64,000 bases of DNA from Bacillota bacterium (GTDB taxonomy: Bacteria; Bacillota; JAAYKD01): contig OY762825.2 in the NCBI GenBank assembly GCA_963666425.2, positions 1,504,001 to 1,568,000 of the forward strand, given 5' to 3'. Both the position numbers and the translations under genes were made by a program. The notes under the pieces are model-generated. The model made no database searches. It had not been told where the DNA came from and was given only the letters and a program-made list of their open reading frames with translations. Below, in pieces: positions 20,921 to 31,080 of the stretch (positions within the stretch are counted from its first letter, which is position 1; each line of letters begins with the position of its first letter).

Positions 20921-22156
20921 ATGAAACGTGTTGTTATCACGGGCTTAGGCGCCCTGACACCCATTGGTCAAACCGCAGCGGAATTTTGGCGAAACCTGAT
21001 TGCCGGCGTCAACGGCATCGATTTCATCACTCATTTTGATACCGGTGCATCAAAATTCAAACTGGCCGGCGAACTAAAAGCCTTCGATCCGCTGATTCAT
21101 TTAGAAAAAGCGGAAGTCCGCAAAACCGATCTCTTCGTGCAGTATGCGCTCTATGCGGCTGCCGAAGCCATGGCGGACAGCAAACTGGCCGGGCAGATCG
21201 ATCCGGCCGAATTGGCTGTTTATTTTGGCAGCGGCATCGGCGGTTTCAATACGCTATGTCAGGAACACCAGCAGCTGCTGGAAGCCGGCCCTAAAAAAGT
21301 ATCCTCGATGCTGATCCCCAAGATGATTGCCAATATTGCCGCCGGACAGCTGGCGATTCGCTACCGGGCTACCGGACCCTGCGTCGCCGTCTGTACTGCC
21401 TGCGCTACCGGTACGACCGCAATTGGGGAAGCCTATCGCGCCATCCTGCATGGCTATGCCACGGCAGCTCTCTGCGGCGGCAGCGAGGCGGCAATTACGC
21501 CGCTGGCCGTAGCCGGTTTCGGCAATTGCCAAGCCCTGAACCCCAGTGAAAACCGGGAGGAAGCCTCCCTGCCTTTCGATCGGCGCAGAGGCGGCTTTGT
21601 GATCGCTGAAGGCGCCGGTGTCTTGATTTTGGAAGAGTATGAACACGCTTTGGCGCGCAAGGCAAAAATCTACGCTGAAATGGTCGGTTATGGCTCAACC
21701 TGTGACGCACATCATATTACGGCGCCGGATCCGGAAGCCAGCGCCAGCGCCAGAGCAATCAGCCAGGCAAGGCTTGGTTTGCAGGATCTACCGGCCAGTA
21801 CCCTCTATTTTAACGCGCACGGTACCGGCACTGTTTTGAATGATGCCACAGAAACTACTGCCCTGAAGAAAGCCTTTGGCGAAGAAGCAAAGGACTTGCA
21901 CATCTCTTCCAGCAAATCGATGACCGGCCATATGCTGGGAGCCGCCGGAGCGGTGGAAGCCATCGCCGCCATCCTGGCTCTGCAGACGGGCATCGTGCCG
22001 CCAACCATCCATCTCGAACAAGCTGACCCTGCTTGCGACCTCGACTATACGCCAAATCATGCCGTCAAGGTCAACTTAGCCGGCGCTTTATCCAATTCTC
22101 TGGGGTTCGGCGGTCATAACGCTTGTGTGGCTTTCCGCAAATGGAGCGAGGCATGA
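20921..22156 (+). CDS. fabF: Beta-ketoacyl-ACP synthase II
   Basis: TACATG, NAHGTGT, KSMTGH and NSLGFGGHN. Confidence 0.96.
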   Translation: MKRVVITGLGALTPIGQTAAEFWRNLIAGVNGIDFITHFDTGASKFKLAGELKAFDPLIHLEKAEVRKTDLFVQYALYAAAEAMADSKLAGQIDPAELAVYFGSGIGGFNTLCQEHQQLLEAGPKKVSSMLIPKMIANIAAGQLAIRYRATGPCVAVCTACATGTTAIGEAYRAILHGYATAALCGGSEAAITPLAVAGFGNCQALNPSENREEASLPFDRRRGGFVIAEGAGVLILEEYEHALARKAKIYAEMVGYGSTCDAHHITAPDPEASASARAISQARLGLQDLPASTLYFNAHGTGTVLNDATETTALKKAFGEEAKDLHISSSKSMTGHMLGAAGAVEAIAAILALQTGIVPPTIHLEQADPACDLDYTPNHAVKVNLAGALSNSLGFGGHNACVAFRKWSEA

Positions 22157-22569
22157 TCCAAATCGATTTAGCGCAAGCCTTACCGCATCGTGCTCCCATG
22201 CTGCTGCTGGATGCAGCCAGTGTGGAAGCGGATGTTGCTTATGGTAAAAAAAGGATTCGGCCGGAAGAGTTTTTTCTGCAAGGGCATTTTCCGGGTGATC
22301 CGCTGGTTCCCGGCGTGATTCTCTGCGAAATTTTGGCTCAATCCGCCTGCGCCTTATTAAGCAGCCGGATGAATCCGGGTCTGTTGCCTTTCTTAGCCGG
22401 TTTGGATGGCGTCCGCTTTCGCCAGCCGGTCAGACCGGGTGATCTGCTGGAAACAGAGGTGCGGATTATCAAGAACAAAGGCTCGTTCTATTGGGCGACG
22501 GGAAAAGGTTTCGTCGCGGGTAAGCTTTGCCTGCAGGCGGATTTCTCTTTCGTCTTAACCTCGAAATAG
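22153..22569 (+). CDS. fabZ: 3-hydroxyacyl-ACP dehydratase
   Basis: LPHRAPMLLLD and FLQGHFPGDPLVPGVILCE. ATG at 22153 overlaps the fabF stop. Confidence 0.92.
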   Translation: MIQIDLAQALPHRAPMLLLDAASVEADVAYGKKRIRPEEFFLQGHFPGDPLVPGVILCEILAQSACALLSSRMNPGLLPFLAGLDGVRFRQPVRPGDLLETEVRIIKNKGSFYWATGKGFVAGKLCLQADFSFVLTSK

Positions 22570-22608
22570 CAAAAGTGACATTCCTCTCAACAAGGAATGT
22601 CACTTTTG
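22570..22608. terminator. Bidirectional terminator between the fab operon and the anti-sigma gene
   Basis: caaaagtgacattcct / aggaatgtcacttttg inverted repeat. Confidence 0.8.
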
Positions 22609-22615
22609 TTTTGAT

Positions 22616-22942
22616 TTACGCTTCTTCTTGCTGCTTCAATATAGAATAGACCAGCAGCGCCAGCGTCAGCAGAATGTAAAAGCCCATACCGGAAGTAATC
22701 AGATACTGGCGTTTTCGCAAGCGCTTGGCCAGGTAACTGAAACGATCATTCAATTCCTGCAGGTTCGGATCCATCTCTGTTGCGGCGGGATGAATCTCTG
22801 CCAGTTTATATTCGCGATAGGCTTTGCGGCAATTCGGGCAGCCTTTGAGATGCGCTTTGATCGCCTTGACACTGCTTTCGCTGGCCAGACCATCATGGTA
22901 GAGCGTAATCAGATCCATTGCCATATCACATGAGATTTCCAT
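22616..22942 (-). CDS. zf-HC2 (ZAS) anti-sigma factor
   Basis: C-x-x-A.DL..LY.DG...HLKGCPNC motif plus a C-terminal TM helix. Overlaps the ECF sigma gene. Confidence 0.88.
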   Translation of the reverse strand: MEISCDMAMDLITLYHDGLASESSVKAIKAHLKGCPNCRKAYREYKLAEIHPAATEMDPNLQELNDRFSYLAKRLRKRQYLITSGMGFYILLTLALLVYSILKQQEEA

Positions 22943-23525
22943 GATTCAATTCCTCCATCAGCATTTTTTTAGCCCGATAATAAATTACTTTCGCGGAATT
23001 TTCACTGATGTTCAGCAGAGATGCTACCTGCGCAAAGGGCAGTTCGGCATAAATACGCAGCATGATGACGTCGCGATATTTCTCGGGAATTCGATTGATC
23101 AGCGTGCGCAGCGCTGCTTCCAATTCTTTTTGTTCCAGTGTTTCCTGAGGAGTCCGGTTGTTGCTGCTGTACGTTTCGATCACCAGAGAGAGATCAATCA
23201 CGTCCAGTGATTGCTTTTTTTTGCGCAGATAGCGAAAATAAACATGTTTTGCGATCGCTACCAACCAGGTGTAGGGCTCGCTTTTGCCTTTGAATTGATG
23301 AAAAGAAGCGAAAGCCTGAAAAAAAGATTCCTGTGTCAATTCTTCGGCTAAATCCTGATCACGACAAAGGCGAAAAAGGAAAGCATAGATCCGACTGTAA
23401 TGAATCTGATACAGTTCTTCGAACGGTTTCAGCGTTTCATCCCTTCTTTCTTGCGGTCTCGCTTGGTTTTGAGTTAGCCAGTCAATTCTCTGCCCTGCTC
23501 TCGGCGGAGGGATGCAGCAAAACAA
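22926..23525 (-). CDS. ECF RNA polymerase sigma factor
   Basis: AEELTQESF..A, F.G.S...TWL..IA and region 4 HTH ENSAKVIYYRAK. The true start is probably near 23432 (possibly CTG behind GAAGGGA). Confidence 0.92.
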   Translation of the reverse strand: MFCCIPPPRAGQRIDWLTQNQARPQERRDETLKPFEELYQIHYSRIYAFLFRLCRDQDLAEELTQESFFQAFASFHQFKGKSEPYTWLVAIAKHVYFRYLRKKKQSLDVIDLSLVIETYSSNNRTPQETLEQKELEAALRTLINRIPEKYRDVIMLRIYAELPFAQVASLLNISENSAKVIYYRAKKMLMEELNHGNLM

Positions 23526-23558
23526 AACCTCCTACGATGAAACGGTCTATTCTGCGCA

Positions 23559-24440
23559 TTAACCGGTAATACCATAGGTGCGGTCATATTCCACTTCCGC
23601 AATCTCGGCTTGCTGCGCCCCGATGCCGCAGCGCGGATTACTCAATAAGCAGCGATTATGACAACCGGTGCAGACGATTTTACCTAAAAAATCAGCCAGC
23701 GTAGGCGTTACGGTTGCTTCATTGCCCTGAGCAGCGGAGGAGTTGGCCGCAGCAGCTTCTTCTTCTTTTTTCTTTGCTTCTGCCGCTGTTTCAGCTGTCT
23801 CGGCGACCACCGTGCCGGCAGTCTGTGCAGCGGATGGTTTAACTGCATCGACTGAACTGCTTTGAACGGCAGCGGTTGGCAGCAGCACAGCCGCCAGCAC
23901 GTCATTTTGATAGGCCTGCAAGGCATTGACATAGACGAAACCGATGATCAAAGCTGCGATGGCGAAACCACTTACTGCTTTGCGGACACCGACCATGCTG
24001 CTGTGACGACCCATTTGGCGCAGCACAGCCAAGAGATATTTTGTATGCAGCGCCAGATGCAGCAGCAAAATCGCCAGACACAGATAGGCTGCCGCATTGT
24101 GAATTTGATAAATCAACAGTTGGTTCTCAAGTTGAAAAGAAAACAGAGCTCTGGAAATCAAGACACCGGTAACAATCACAATCAGCATGCCGCCGGGAAG
24201 CAGGCAATCCAGCGTCAGCAGAAATTTATTTTTCAGTGAACCGATTCCTTTTCGAACGGATCTCCATAAGCCGAAACCGGTGCTCCAATTCAAGATCAGA
24301 TGAAAAAGAAATAAAACACCGATCGCGATCCCGGCAACCTCGTGAAAGAAAGCGCCGGTCCCCAGATCAAACATCAGTAAGCCATAAATCACGGTCATAC
24401 TTGCATCCAATAAACACTTGACAACGGTCTTTGTTTTCAT
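23559..24440 (-). CDS. DUF4405-like cytochrome b-type membrane protein with C-terminal Cys cluster
   Basis: TM helices with paired His (HEVAG..FHL, IHN..LHLALH). C-terminal CTGCHNRCLLSNPRC. Confidence 0.65.
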   Translation of the reverse strand: MKTKTVVKCLLDASMTVIYGLLMFDLGTGAFFHEVAGIAIGVLFLFHLILNWSTGFGLWRSVRKGIGSLKNKFLLTLDCLLPGGMLIVIVTGVLISRALFSFQLENQLLIYQIHNAAAYLCLAILLLHLALHTKYLLAVLRQMGRHSSMVGVRKAVSGFAIAALIIGFVYVNALQAYQNDVLAAVLLPTAAVQSSSVDAVKPSAAQTAGTVVAETAETAAEAKKKEEEAAAANSSAAQGNEATVTPTLADFLGKIVCTGCHNRCLLSNPRCGIGAQQAEIAEVEYDRTYGITG

Positions 24441-24585
24441 ACGATTCGCTCCTTTACGCAGCCGCTGCTTTCACGGAGAGAGATTTGCTTCCTTCTCTCC
24501 GTTCGTTCGGCTGATGTGGCTATCATAAAGGAGTAAGCTTGAAAAAATCTTAAGTCAACAATACCGGCTGCAGCATGAGAGATAA

Positions 24586-25881
24586 TTATTCTACGGCGTC
24601 TTCTTCTGCCAGGGGTTCTATGCGAGAAATAGCCATTCGTTCCGTCTGTATCGCTTGTGCAAAGCGCTGCAGCAGATCGCTGACACTGATTTCCATTAAG
24701 ACATCGGGAATATCCGTAAAACGATAGCCATACAAATTTGCCGTCAGCAGGTTGACCGCCAGGGCCTCTCCGCTTTCAAAACAGCCCAGCAATTCGCCCA
24801 AGGTTTTCTTTTTCATTCGCTGCAAATTCTCTGACGTCAGCACAGCCAAGGCTTCGCCGCTGCTGAAATACTGCAGCAAGCGCTCCTGTAATGCTGTGGC
24901 CGCGGTCGTGTCGGCAGCGCAAGTCAGCGCACCAAACCAAGGCGTTGCCGTATAATCAGCGGAAAAGAAACTGCTGAATAATTGCTTGGCGGTAAATTCC
25001 CAATAGATGGCCGAGGATTTTCCGCAGATCAGGTCCAGAATCAGATCCATTTCCAGCTGACGGCGCAGCAGATCTTTGCCGGTCAGCACAACCTGACGAT
25101 CATCGGCAAAACCAAGCGCCAACAAGGGGCGAGCCGCCCGCATCGTCAAGCTCAAATCGCTCTGCCCGGCTGGCTGCGGTGCTGCGGCAGGTTGTACCGG
25201 TTGGTAGTTGCTTTGACGACCGCTGCCCCATTTGGCAGCCAGGCGAACCACTGCCGCCGGTTCCAGATCGCCGACGACCACCAAACGGGCCAGAGAAGGC
25301 TGATAATAGGCTTCATAACATTGATAGAGCAGCTCAGCCGTGACCAGTGCAATCGTTTCCGCTTCACCGCCGATATCCTGACCGGCACGGTGATCGCCAA
25401 AGAGGCCATGGCGCAGATTCAATTCCAAACGTTCCTCCGGTTGGTCACGGTACATCATTAATTCTTGGTTAATGATTTCCCGCTCATTGTCGACGCTTTC
25501 CCGGCTGAAACAGGGATGATCGGTAAAATCGAGCAGAAGCTGCAGCACTTCCAGTTGATGATCGCTGCAGTCCGCCATATAAACCGTATGATCGAAATTG
25601 GTAAACGCATTATCATAGGCGCCCAAGGCAGCAAAAGCATCACTGCTGCTGCTGCCGTCCGCTTGGCGAAACAATTGATGTTCCAAAAAGTGCGCCGTAC
25701 CGGCTGTAACCTGCAGGCGTTTTCCCTGCCGGTCCGTGATGGCGTCATGCAAAGAACCAAAAGGGAACGCCAGCTGCGCCGACATATGCTGATGACCCTG
25801 GCGCTGAACAATCGTCAGATGCAGTCCATTGGGCAGCACTTCCTCCAAAATAGGATACGGTACTAAGAATTGTTTCATCAT
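24586..25881 (-). CDS. ymfH: M16 (pitrilysin/insulinase) family peptidase, YmfH-like
   Basis: AHFLEH inverted zinc motif, NAFT and E..II.QE. Confidence 0.88.
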   Translation of the reverse strand: MMKQFLVPYPILEEVLPNGLHLTIVQRQGHQHMSAQLAFPFGSLHDAITDRQGKRLQVTAGTAHFLEHQLFRQADGSSSSDAFAALGAYDNAFTNFDHTVYMADCSDHQLEVLQLLLDFTDHPCFSRESVDNEREIINQELMMYRDQPEERLELNLRHGLFGDHRAGQDIGGEAETIALVTAELLYQCYEAYYQPSLARLVVVGDLEPAAVVRLAAKWGSGRQSNYQPVQPAAAPQPAGQSDLSLTMRAARPLLALGFADDRQVVLTGKDLLRRQLEMDLILDLICGKSSAIYWEFTAKQLFSSFFSADYTATPWFGALTCAADTTAATALQERLLQYFSSGEALAVLTSENLQRMKKKTLGELLGCFESGEALAVNLLTANLYGYRFTDIPDVLMEISVSDLLQRFAQAIQTERMAISRIEPLAEEDAVE

Positions 25882-27155
25882 TGAATTACCTCTCGATCCG
25901 CCAGCAAATAAACCGTATGCGGTTTCAATGTTTGAGCGGCGGCGATGATTTCCTGCCGGCTGATGTTTTGCATTTGCTCAATCATCTGTTCCACATCACC
26001 ATGTCCTTTTAAAAATCGACTGAATTGATAATCCAAACGGCCTTCTGCTTCCTGATTTGACATGCGCAGCTGGCCAGCCACGGTTTGTCTGGTCATCTCC
26101 AGCTCCGCCTCGCTGAAATCGCCTGCCTGCAGCCTTTGCATCTGCTCCGACATCAACGCTGCGGCCTGGACGGCAGCTTCCGCTTCCAAACCGGCGTAAG
26201 CCGTCAGCACACCGGTGGAACGGTCCAGACTGCTGCCGGTTGCGTAAGCTAAACCCGCTTCTTCCCGCACAAAACGGAAAAGGCGGGAATGGGCAAACCC
26301 TCCGTAAAGTCCGTTGACCAAAAAAAGTGCCAAACTGGCTGGCTGTTCATATCCTACTTGAGAACTAAACGCCATCAGCAGCTGACTCTGTTCGCCCGGG
26401 ATGACTTCGGTCACTTTTTCAACACTTGCCCGGTGCGGCAAAACCAGGGCAGCTTTGGCCGCTAACGGCTGCCGCTGCCAATTGAACATCTGCTCAATCT
26501 GAGCCGTCGTCACTTGTTCCACACCATCACCACAAAGGCCGACAATCAAACGGCTGTTTTGCAGCAATTGATGATAAGCATCCATCAATTTCTGATTGCT
26601 GAGCGCCAGCAAATCTGCTTCGGTGCCATAGCGTGGCACTCCGTAAGCCGTATCGCCATAAACCAATGCCTGCATCCGCTGCGCTGCCAGGGAGCTGCGG
26701 TTATTGCGGCTGCTCGCTAAAATCGTCTGCAGTCTTTGCTGTTCCTGATCAAATACTTCTGCCGGGAACAAACCGTCGATCAAATAGGGGGATGTGATCA
26801 TTTCCTGCAGCAGCTGTAAGCCGTCGGTCAGTAAACCGGCTCCGGCGGCGGGTAAAAATCGTCCGTCCGCTAAATTGAGATAAAAAGAAGTCAGATGAAA
26901 GCTGCCTACCCGATTCACCTGTGTATGCAGATCGGCTCCCCAGAGTTCTTCCAAAGCGGCCACCAAGCGGCGCTGATCCGGATAGCGGCGGCTGCCGCGG
27001 CGCAGAAGAGAGCTCAGCAATGCCGCAGAGCTGAAGATGCGGCGTTCCACCGGCTGCACCAGCCAAACTTTCACGTGATGTGTCACATATTGTTGGGCGG
27101 GCAGCCAGAAAATCTGTCCGCCGCCGGATAATTGATCTATTCGAGGATCCGTCAT
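25878..27155 (-). CDS. ymfF: M16 family inactive partner subunit, YmfF-like
   Basis: GG..HSRLF..VRE..GLAY motif, no HxxEH. Paired with the ymfH-like gene. Confidence 0.85.
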   Translation of the reverse strand: MTDPRIDQLSGGGQIFWLPAQQYVTHHVKVWLVQPVERRIFSSAALLSSLLRRGSRRYPDQRRLVAALEELWGADLHTQVNRVGSFHLTSFYLNLADGRFLPAAGAGLLTDGLQLLQEMITSPYLIDGLFPAEVFDQEQQRLQTILASSRNNRSSLAAQRMQALVYGDTAYGVPRYGTEADLLALSNQKLMDAYHQLLQNSRLIVGLCGDGVEQVTTAQIEQMFNWQRQPLAAKAALVLPHRASVEKVTEVIPGEQSQLLMAFSSQVGYEQPASLALFLVNGLYGGFAHSRLFRFVREEAGLAYATGSSLDRSTGVLTAYAGLEAEAAVQAAALMSEQMQRLQAGDFSEAELEMTRQTVAGQLRMSNQEAEGRLDYQFSRFLKGHGDVEQMIEQMQNISRQEIIAAAQTLKPHTVYLLADREVIQ

Positions 27156-27377
27156 ACTCTCATTCCTTTGCCTTCCTCAGCAGACTATTGACCCGTATCT
27201 TTTTTCTGCTGATTGCTTCATTCTACTGGTATTTGCCCTAAAAAGCAAGCAGAGACCGCCTTCTTGCAGGGAATGCGAACCTCTGCCCACCTTTGATAGT
27301 TGCTCAAATGACCATGGGAAAAGAAAAGCGCAGCAGGTCAACGGATTGCTCCGTTTTTAACCTGCGCGCCGATCCGA

Positions 27378-27713
27378 TTAATGTATGAAGCGGTCCAGAA
27401 TTTCTTTCAATTCCTCTTTGGGATGATAACCCACAATGGAACGGGCTTCTTTTTCTTTTGTTTCCTTGTTGGTTGTGATCAGCACCATGGTTGGAATACT
27501 TTGAATCTCAAAAGAGCCTGCCGTACGGGGATTGGCATCGACATCTAATTTGCATACTTTCAACTTACCGTCGTATTCTTCGGCTACCGCTTCCACGATG
27601 GGGGCTGCCATCCGACAGGGACCGCACCAAGTTGCCCAAAAATCCACCAAGACTGGCAGATCGGCCTGCAGTGCTTCTTTTTCAAAATTAGCATCGGTTA
27701 AATTATAAATCAT
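27378..27713 (-). CDS. trxA: Thioredoxin
   Basis: DFWATWCGPC active site. Confidence 0.96.
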   Translation of the reverse strand: MIYNLTDANFEKEALQADLPVLVDFWATWCGPCRMAAPIVEAVAEEYDGKLKVCKLDVDANPRTAGSFEIQSIPTMVLITTNKETKEKEARSIVGYHPKEELKEILDRFIH

Positions 27714-27965
27714 TTTGTTACCCCTTTCTTGCCGGAGCTATTTCAGCTGTAAGGTTGTCGCCATGGATCAATCGGGTAACGCCTCTCGTCTCGAAACAAC
27801 CATTCCTTCTGATCACTCATGTCCATTATCATAACCAAAATTGCCCAAGAATGCAAGTATTTTTCAACTGAATAGTAAGATTTCCTTGCAGTACTGAAAA
27901 ACAGTTGCTAAAGTGAAAATGTTTTGCCGTGCGACGGCTGTGCAGGCAGATAATCCAGCCGTAAA

Positions 27966-28493
27966 TCACTGGATTGCCTGCCAGATTTGCAGCGACAGCA
28001 CCCGATAAGCCGGCCGGTAAGCTTGCCGATAGATTTCGCTGTGGCTCACGGCAGGATAACCCCGCCTGCGATAATCCGTCAAATATTCAGCCAAGGCAGC
28101 CGGATCAAAGGCAGCTCTGTTTTGCAGACGGCATTCAGACAAAGCCGTAAGTTTCACTTCCAATTCGGCTGCCTCGCCCCGCACTGCATTGGCACTCAAA
28201 ACGAAGGCGCGATTCAGCTGCTGCGGTGCAATAGCACTTGCTTTCAGCGCAGGCAGATATGCTCTGACTAAACCGCTGCCCAGTTGCTCAAAAGCAATGG
28301 CCTGCGGATCCGCCGCGACAGCATCCCACTCCTGCAATAGAAAGCGAAGGGACTGCTCCGCATCCGTAATCAAATGACCTCCGCCGAATTCATTTTGATA
28401 AAGTAATTTCACCGCATCGCTGATTTGCATCAGAGGATAACGCTGCAGATGCAGCTCCAGCAAGACTAGCAGCTCTTCCTGTTTCATTCTCAT
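27966..28493 (-). CDS. Conserved hypothetical protein
   Basis: 175 aa with D.VKLLYQ.EFGGGH and C-terminal VSHSE.YR.AYRPAYRV motifs. Function unknown. Confidence 0.65.
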   Translation of the reverse strand: MRMKQEELLVLLELHLQRYPLMQISDAVKLLYQNEFGGGHLITDAEQSLRFLLQEWDAVAADPQAIAFEQLGSGLVRAYLPALKASAIAPQQLNRAFVLSANAVRGEAAELEVKLTALSECRLQNRAAFDPAALAEYLTDYRRRGYPAVSHSEIYRQAYRPAYRVLSLQIWQAIQ

Positions 28494-28502
28494 GTCGCTG
28501 CC

Positions 28503-29243
28503 CTAGACGCGAATTTTCTCAAAAATGATATTGTCGCAATAGCGCCGGGCATGCTGCAGCTGCTCTGTCGTACGCACCGTCCAACCTAAAATCAGCATAC
28601 CGCTTGCTCGGGCTTGCTCTAAAAACTCGAGCGGCAGATCCAGAATCGCATAAGCAATAAATTGAGGTTTTGTCATCTCATTATAGCTGCAGAAAGCCAG
28701 TTTCTGATTGAGCTCAGCGTCCGACTGCCCTGCGTCAAGACAGGCCAGCTGACCGCGCACGATTTCGGGAGCCTTTTGCTTTAACGCAAGCAGGAATTGT
28801 GGATCAAAACTCTCAACCGCATACGCTCCGCCATATTCTTCCTGATAACGCTGCAGCTGATCAACTAAAATCTCAGCGGCAGTTTCGTTTTCCTGGCACT
28901 GTTTCATCTCGATCAATAGGGGTACTCTGCCTTTGACCAACTGCAGCACCTGGGTAAAGGTAGGAATTGTCTCATTGCTGTTGATAAAGCGATAGAGCGG
29001 CAATTGCTCGGAGTTCAAGTCTGTGATTGTAGCATCTTTCCCGGTCATGCGCAGCGTATTCGCATCGTGCAGCACAGCGAATACCCCATCCCGCAATAAA
29101 TGCAAATCCAATTCGATGGCATAACCAGCATTCACTGCCGCCTGAAAAGCAGACAATGAATTCTCCGGTTTGGCTGCATCATGCAATCCTCTGTGTGCAA
29201 TCGCTGTTTGGCTCAACCATGTCTGATGTAATGTTGTTTGCAT
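28503..29243 (-). CDS. Glycerophosphodiester phosphodiesterase family protein
   Basis: IAHRGL, PENSL.AF, IELDL, HD and IEMK motifs. Start at ATG 29243 behind GGGAGG. Confidence 0.92.
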   Translation of the reverse strand: MQTTLHQTWLSQTAIAHRGLHDAAKPENSLSAFQAAVNAGYAIELDLHLLRDGVFAVLHDANTLRMTGKDATITDLNSEQLPLYRFINSNETIPTFTQVLQLVKGRVPLLIEMKQCQENETAAEILVDQLQRYQEEYGGAYAVESFDPQFLLALKQKAPEIVRGQLACLDAGQSDAELNQKLAFCSYNEMTKPQFIAYAILDLPLEFLEQARASGMLILGWTVRTTEQLQHARRYCDNIIFEKIRV

Positions 29244-29615
29244 TGTGTTTTCAACCTCCCACTTTCCTATTTCGTAATAACCCCTCGATAAAACGATCTT
29301 GTATCGCTTGAATTCGCTATGCTTTGGCTTCGCTCCTGCCATTGGCAACTGCAAACCTTGCCGGTTGCTGAAGCAAAACCGTAGCGTTGTCTTGATTTTC
29401 AGCAGAAAATGCAGCCCACTTGATCTGGCAGAAGAAGCGATTAAGTGAATCAAAAAGATTGAGAAGTATCCCACTATTCAAGTGTAAGATGTGTTATAAT
29501 GATTAGTACGTAACAAAATCCGATTCTACTATTGTTCTATGGCAAATCTCATTTAAATGAAAAAAATCAGCTTGCATAGTGAATAGTTCAACCTGAACCG
29601 AGGGAGGAAGCAACG

Positions 29616-30998
29616 ATGTCCGTGAAACCGATTTTTATCAGTATCAATCGTCCCCCATATTGCAAGACATATGAGGCTGATTTTGAGTATAACAAAGGTT
29701 TGGCAACGGCCCAAAAACAAAAGAACATCCTCGCGATCCATGATGTTTTCAGCAGTAAATATCCCGGAAAACAAATTCTGGAAATTTCCGCCAAAGCAAG
29801 CGAGCCGCTTGGCCTGGCACTGTGTGCCTTTCAACTGGAGAAACAAGTTCGCAGCCTGGAAAAAAGCATCGCCGTTGAAAACATCTACCAAGCCAGCCGC
29901 GTTTTTGAAAACGGCGGTCCTTTTTTAGAGATTTACGATTTAAAACCGAAAGCTGCCAAGAAATTCACGGAATTGAAAACAAACGGTAAACTGATTGGTT
30001 TCCGTTATGAAAATCAGGAATTTCCCCTGGAGCCGAAAACTGGTTTTTATACTTTCCTTTACGTCAATGCATTACTGGAAAACAAAAAATTGGCGGATCA
30101 GCTCTTACAATATGACGCTTTTACCGACATTGATTTTAATCCTGATAAAAATGTCAACAGCGCTGCCCGAGCTGCAGCTGTTTTTATCGCTTTATCCCGT
30201 TTAAATCTATTGGCGAAAGCGCAGGACTATGAAACGTTTGCCGCTCTGTTCCGCACTCCCCTGCCGCGCAAGAATGAGAACAAACAAATGTCCAGCAGCC
30301 TTAATCTGGTCAAGGGTGATATCACCATGATCAGCCGGATCGATGCGATCGTCAGCGCCGGTGATACCAAGCTTTCCGGCAGTGGAACAATCGATAAGCC
30401 AATCCATAAAGCAAGCGGTAAAGAACTGAAAGAAACGCTGAAGGATCTGACCATCCGGACCGGAGAAGCGGTCATAACCGCCAGTTATAATTTGGAAAGT
30501 GCCGACTATATCATTCATACCGCCGGTCCCAAATATAACAGAGGCAACAGCGGTGAGAAGGAATTACTGCAAAGAACCTACCAGGCTTGCCTGGACTGCG
30601 CCAAAGAAAATGGTCTTTACTCTATCGCATTCCCCTGTATCAGCATTGGCGCCTATCGTTATCCCAAGGTAGAAGCAGCCAAATTAGCGCTGCAGACCAT
30701 TAAGAAATGGTTTGAGAATAATACTTATGCCTTGGCAGTCACCCTGGTTTGTCTGACAGATGATGAAACAGAAGTTTATCAAAGAGTCTTATCCGCTTAT
30801 GCAAAAGATGAAGTGAAAAAACAAAACTCTGTTTTGCCAAAACAAAACTTTGAAGAGGGACAAACGATTTATCACAAAGTCTGGGGCGAAGGCATCTTAA
30901 CCCATGTTACCGATACACAAATTGATGTTCAATTCACCACGGTCGGTAAAAAAATCCTGATGCGGGACTGGGTCAATAAAAATTGTCAGATTCACTAA
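29616..30998 (+). CDS. Fusion protein: DarT1-associated NADAR-like (DUF6977-type) domain, macrodomain and Tudor/SH3-like C-terminus
   Basis: N-terminal LEISAK..LG..L.AF.L, VENIYQASRVFENGGPF, FPLEPKT.FY and FTDI.FNP.K. Middle LVKGDIT..DAIV..IIHTAGP..SIAFPCISIGAY.YP. C-terminal IYHKVWGEG...VQF..VGKK. Confidence 0.75.
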   Translation: MSVKPIFISINRPPYCKTYEADFEYNKGLATAQKQKNILAIHDVFSSKYPGKQILEISAKASEPLGLALCAFQLEKQVRSLEKSIAVENIYQASRVFENGGPFLEIYDLKPKAAKKFTELKTNGKLIGFRYENQEFPLEPKTGFYTFLYVNALLENKKLADQLLQYDAFTDIDFNPDKNVNSAARAAAVFIALSRLNLLAKAQDYETFAALFRTPLPRKNENKQMSSSLNLVKGDITMISRIDAIVSAGDTKLSGSGTIDKPIHKASGKELKETLKDLTIRTGEAVITASYNLESADYIIHTAGPKYNRGNSGEKELLQRTYQACLDCAKENGLYSIAFPCISIGAYRYPKVEAAKLALQTIKKWFENNTYALAVTLVCLTDDETEVYQRVLSAYAKDEVKKQNSVLPKQNFEEGQTIYHKVWGEGILTHVTDTQIDVQFTTVGKKILMRDWVNKNCQIH

Positions 30999-31003
30999 AG
31001 AGC

Positions 31004-31080
31004 AAAAGACAGGTCGCTATTGCAAAAGCAACTCCATCCAGAAGGAAGTTGCTTTTGCAAGCAGACCGGTCTTTTTTTTT
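31004..31080 (+). terminator. Intrinsic terminator after the NADAR-macro gene
   Basis: Long stem ttgcaaaagcaact / agttgcttttgcaa with an extended outer stem and a T9 tail. Confidence 0.75.
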
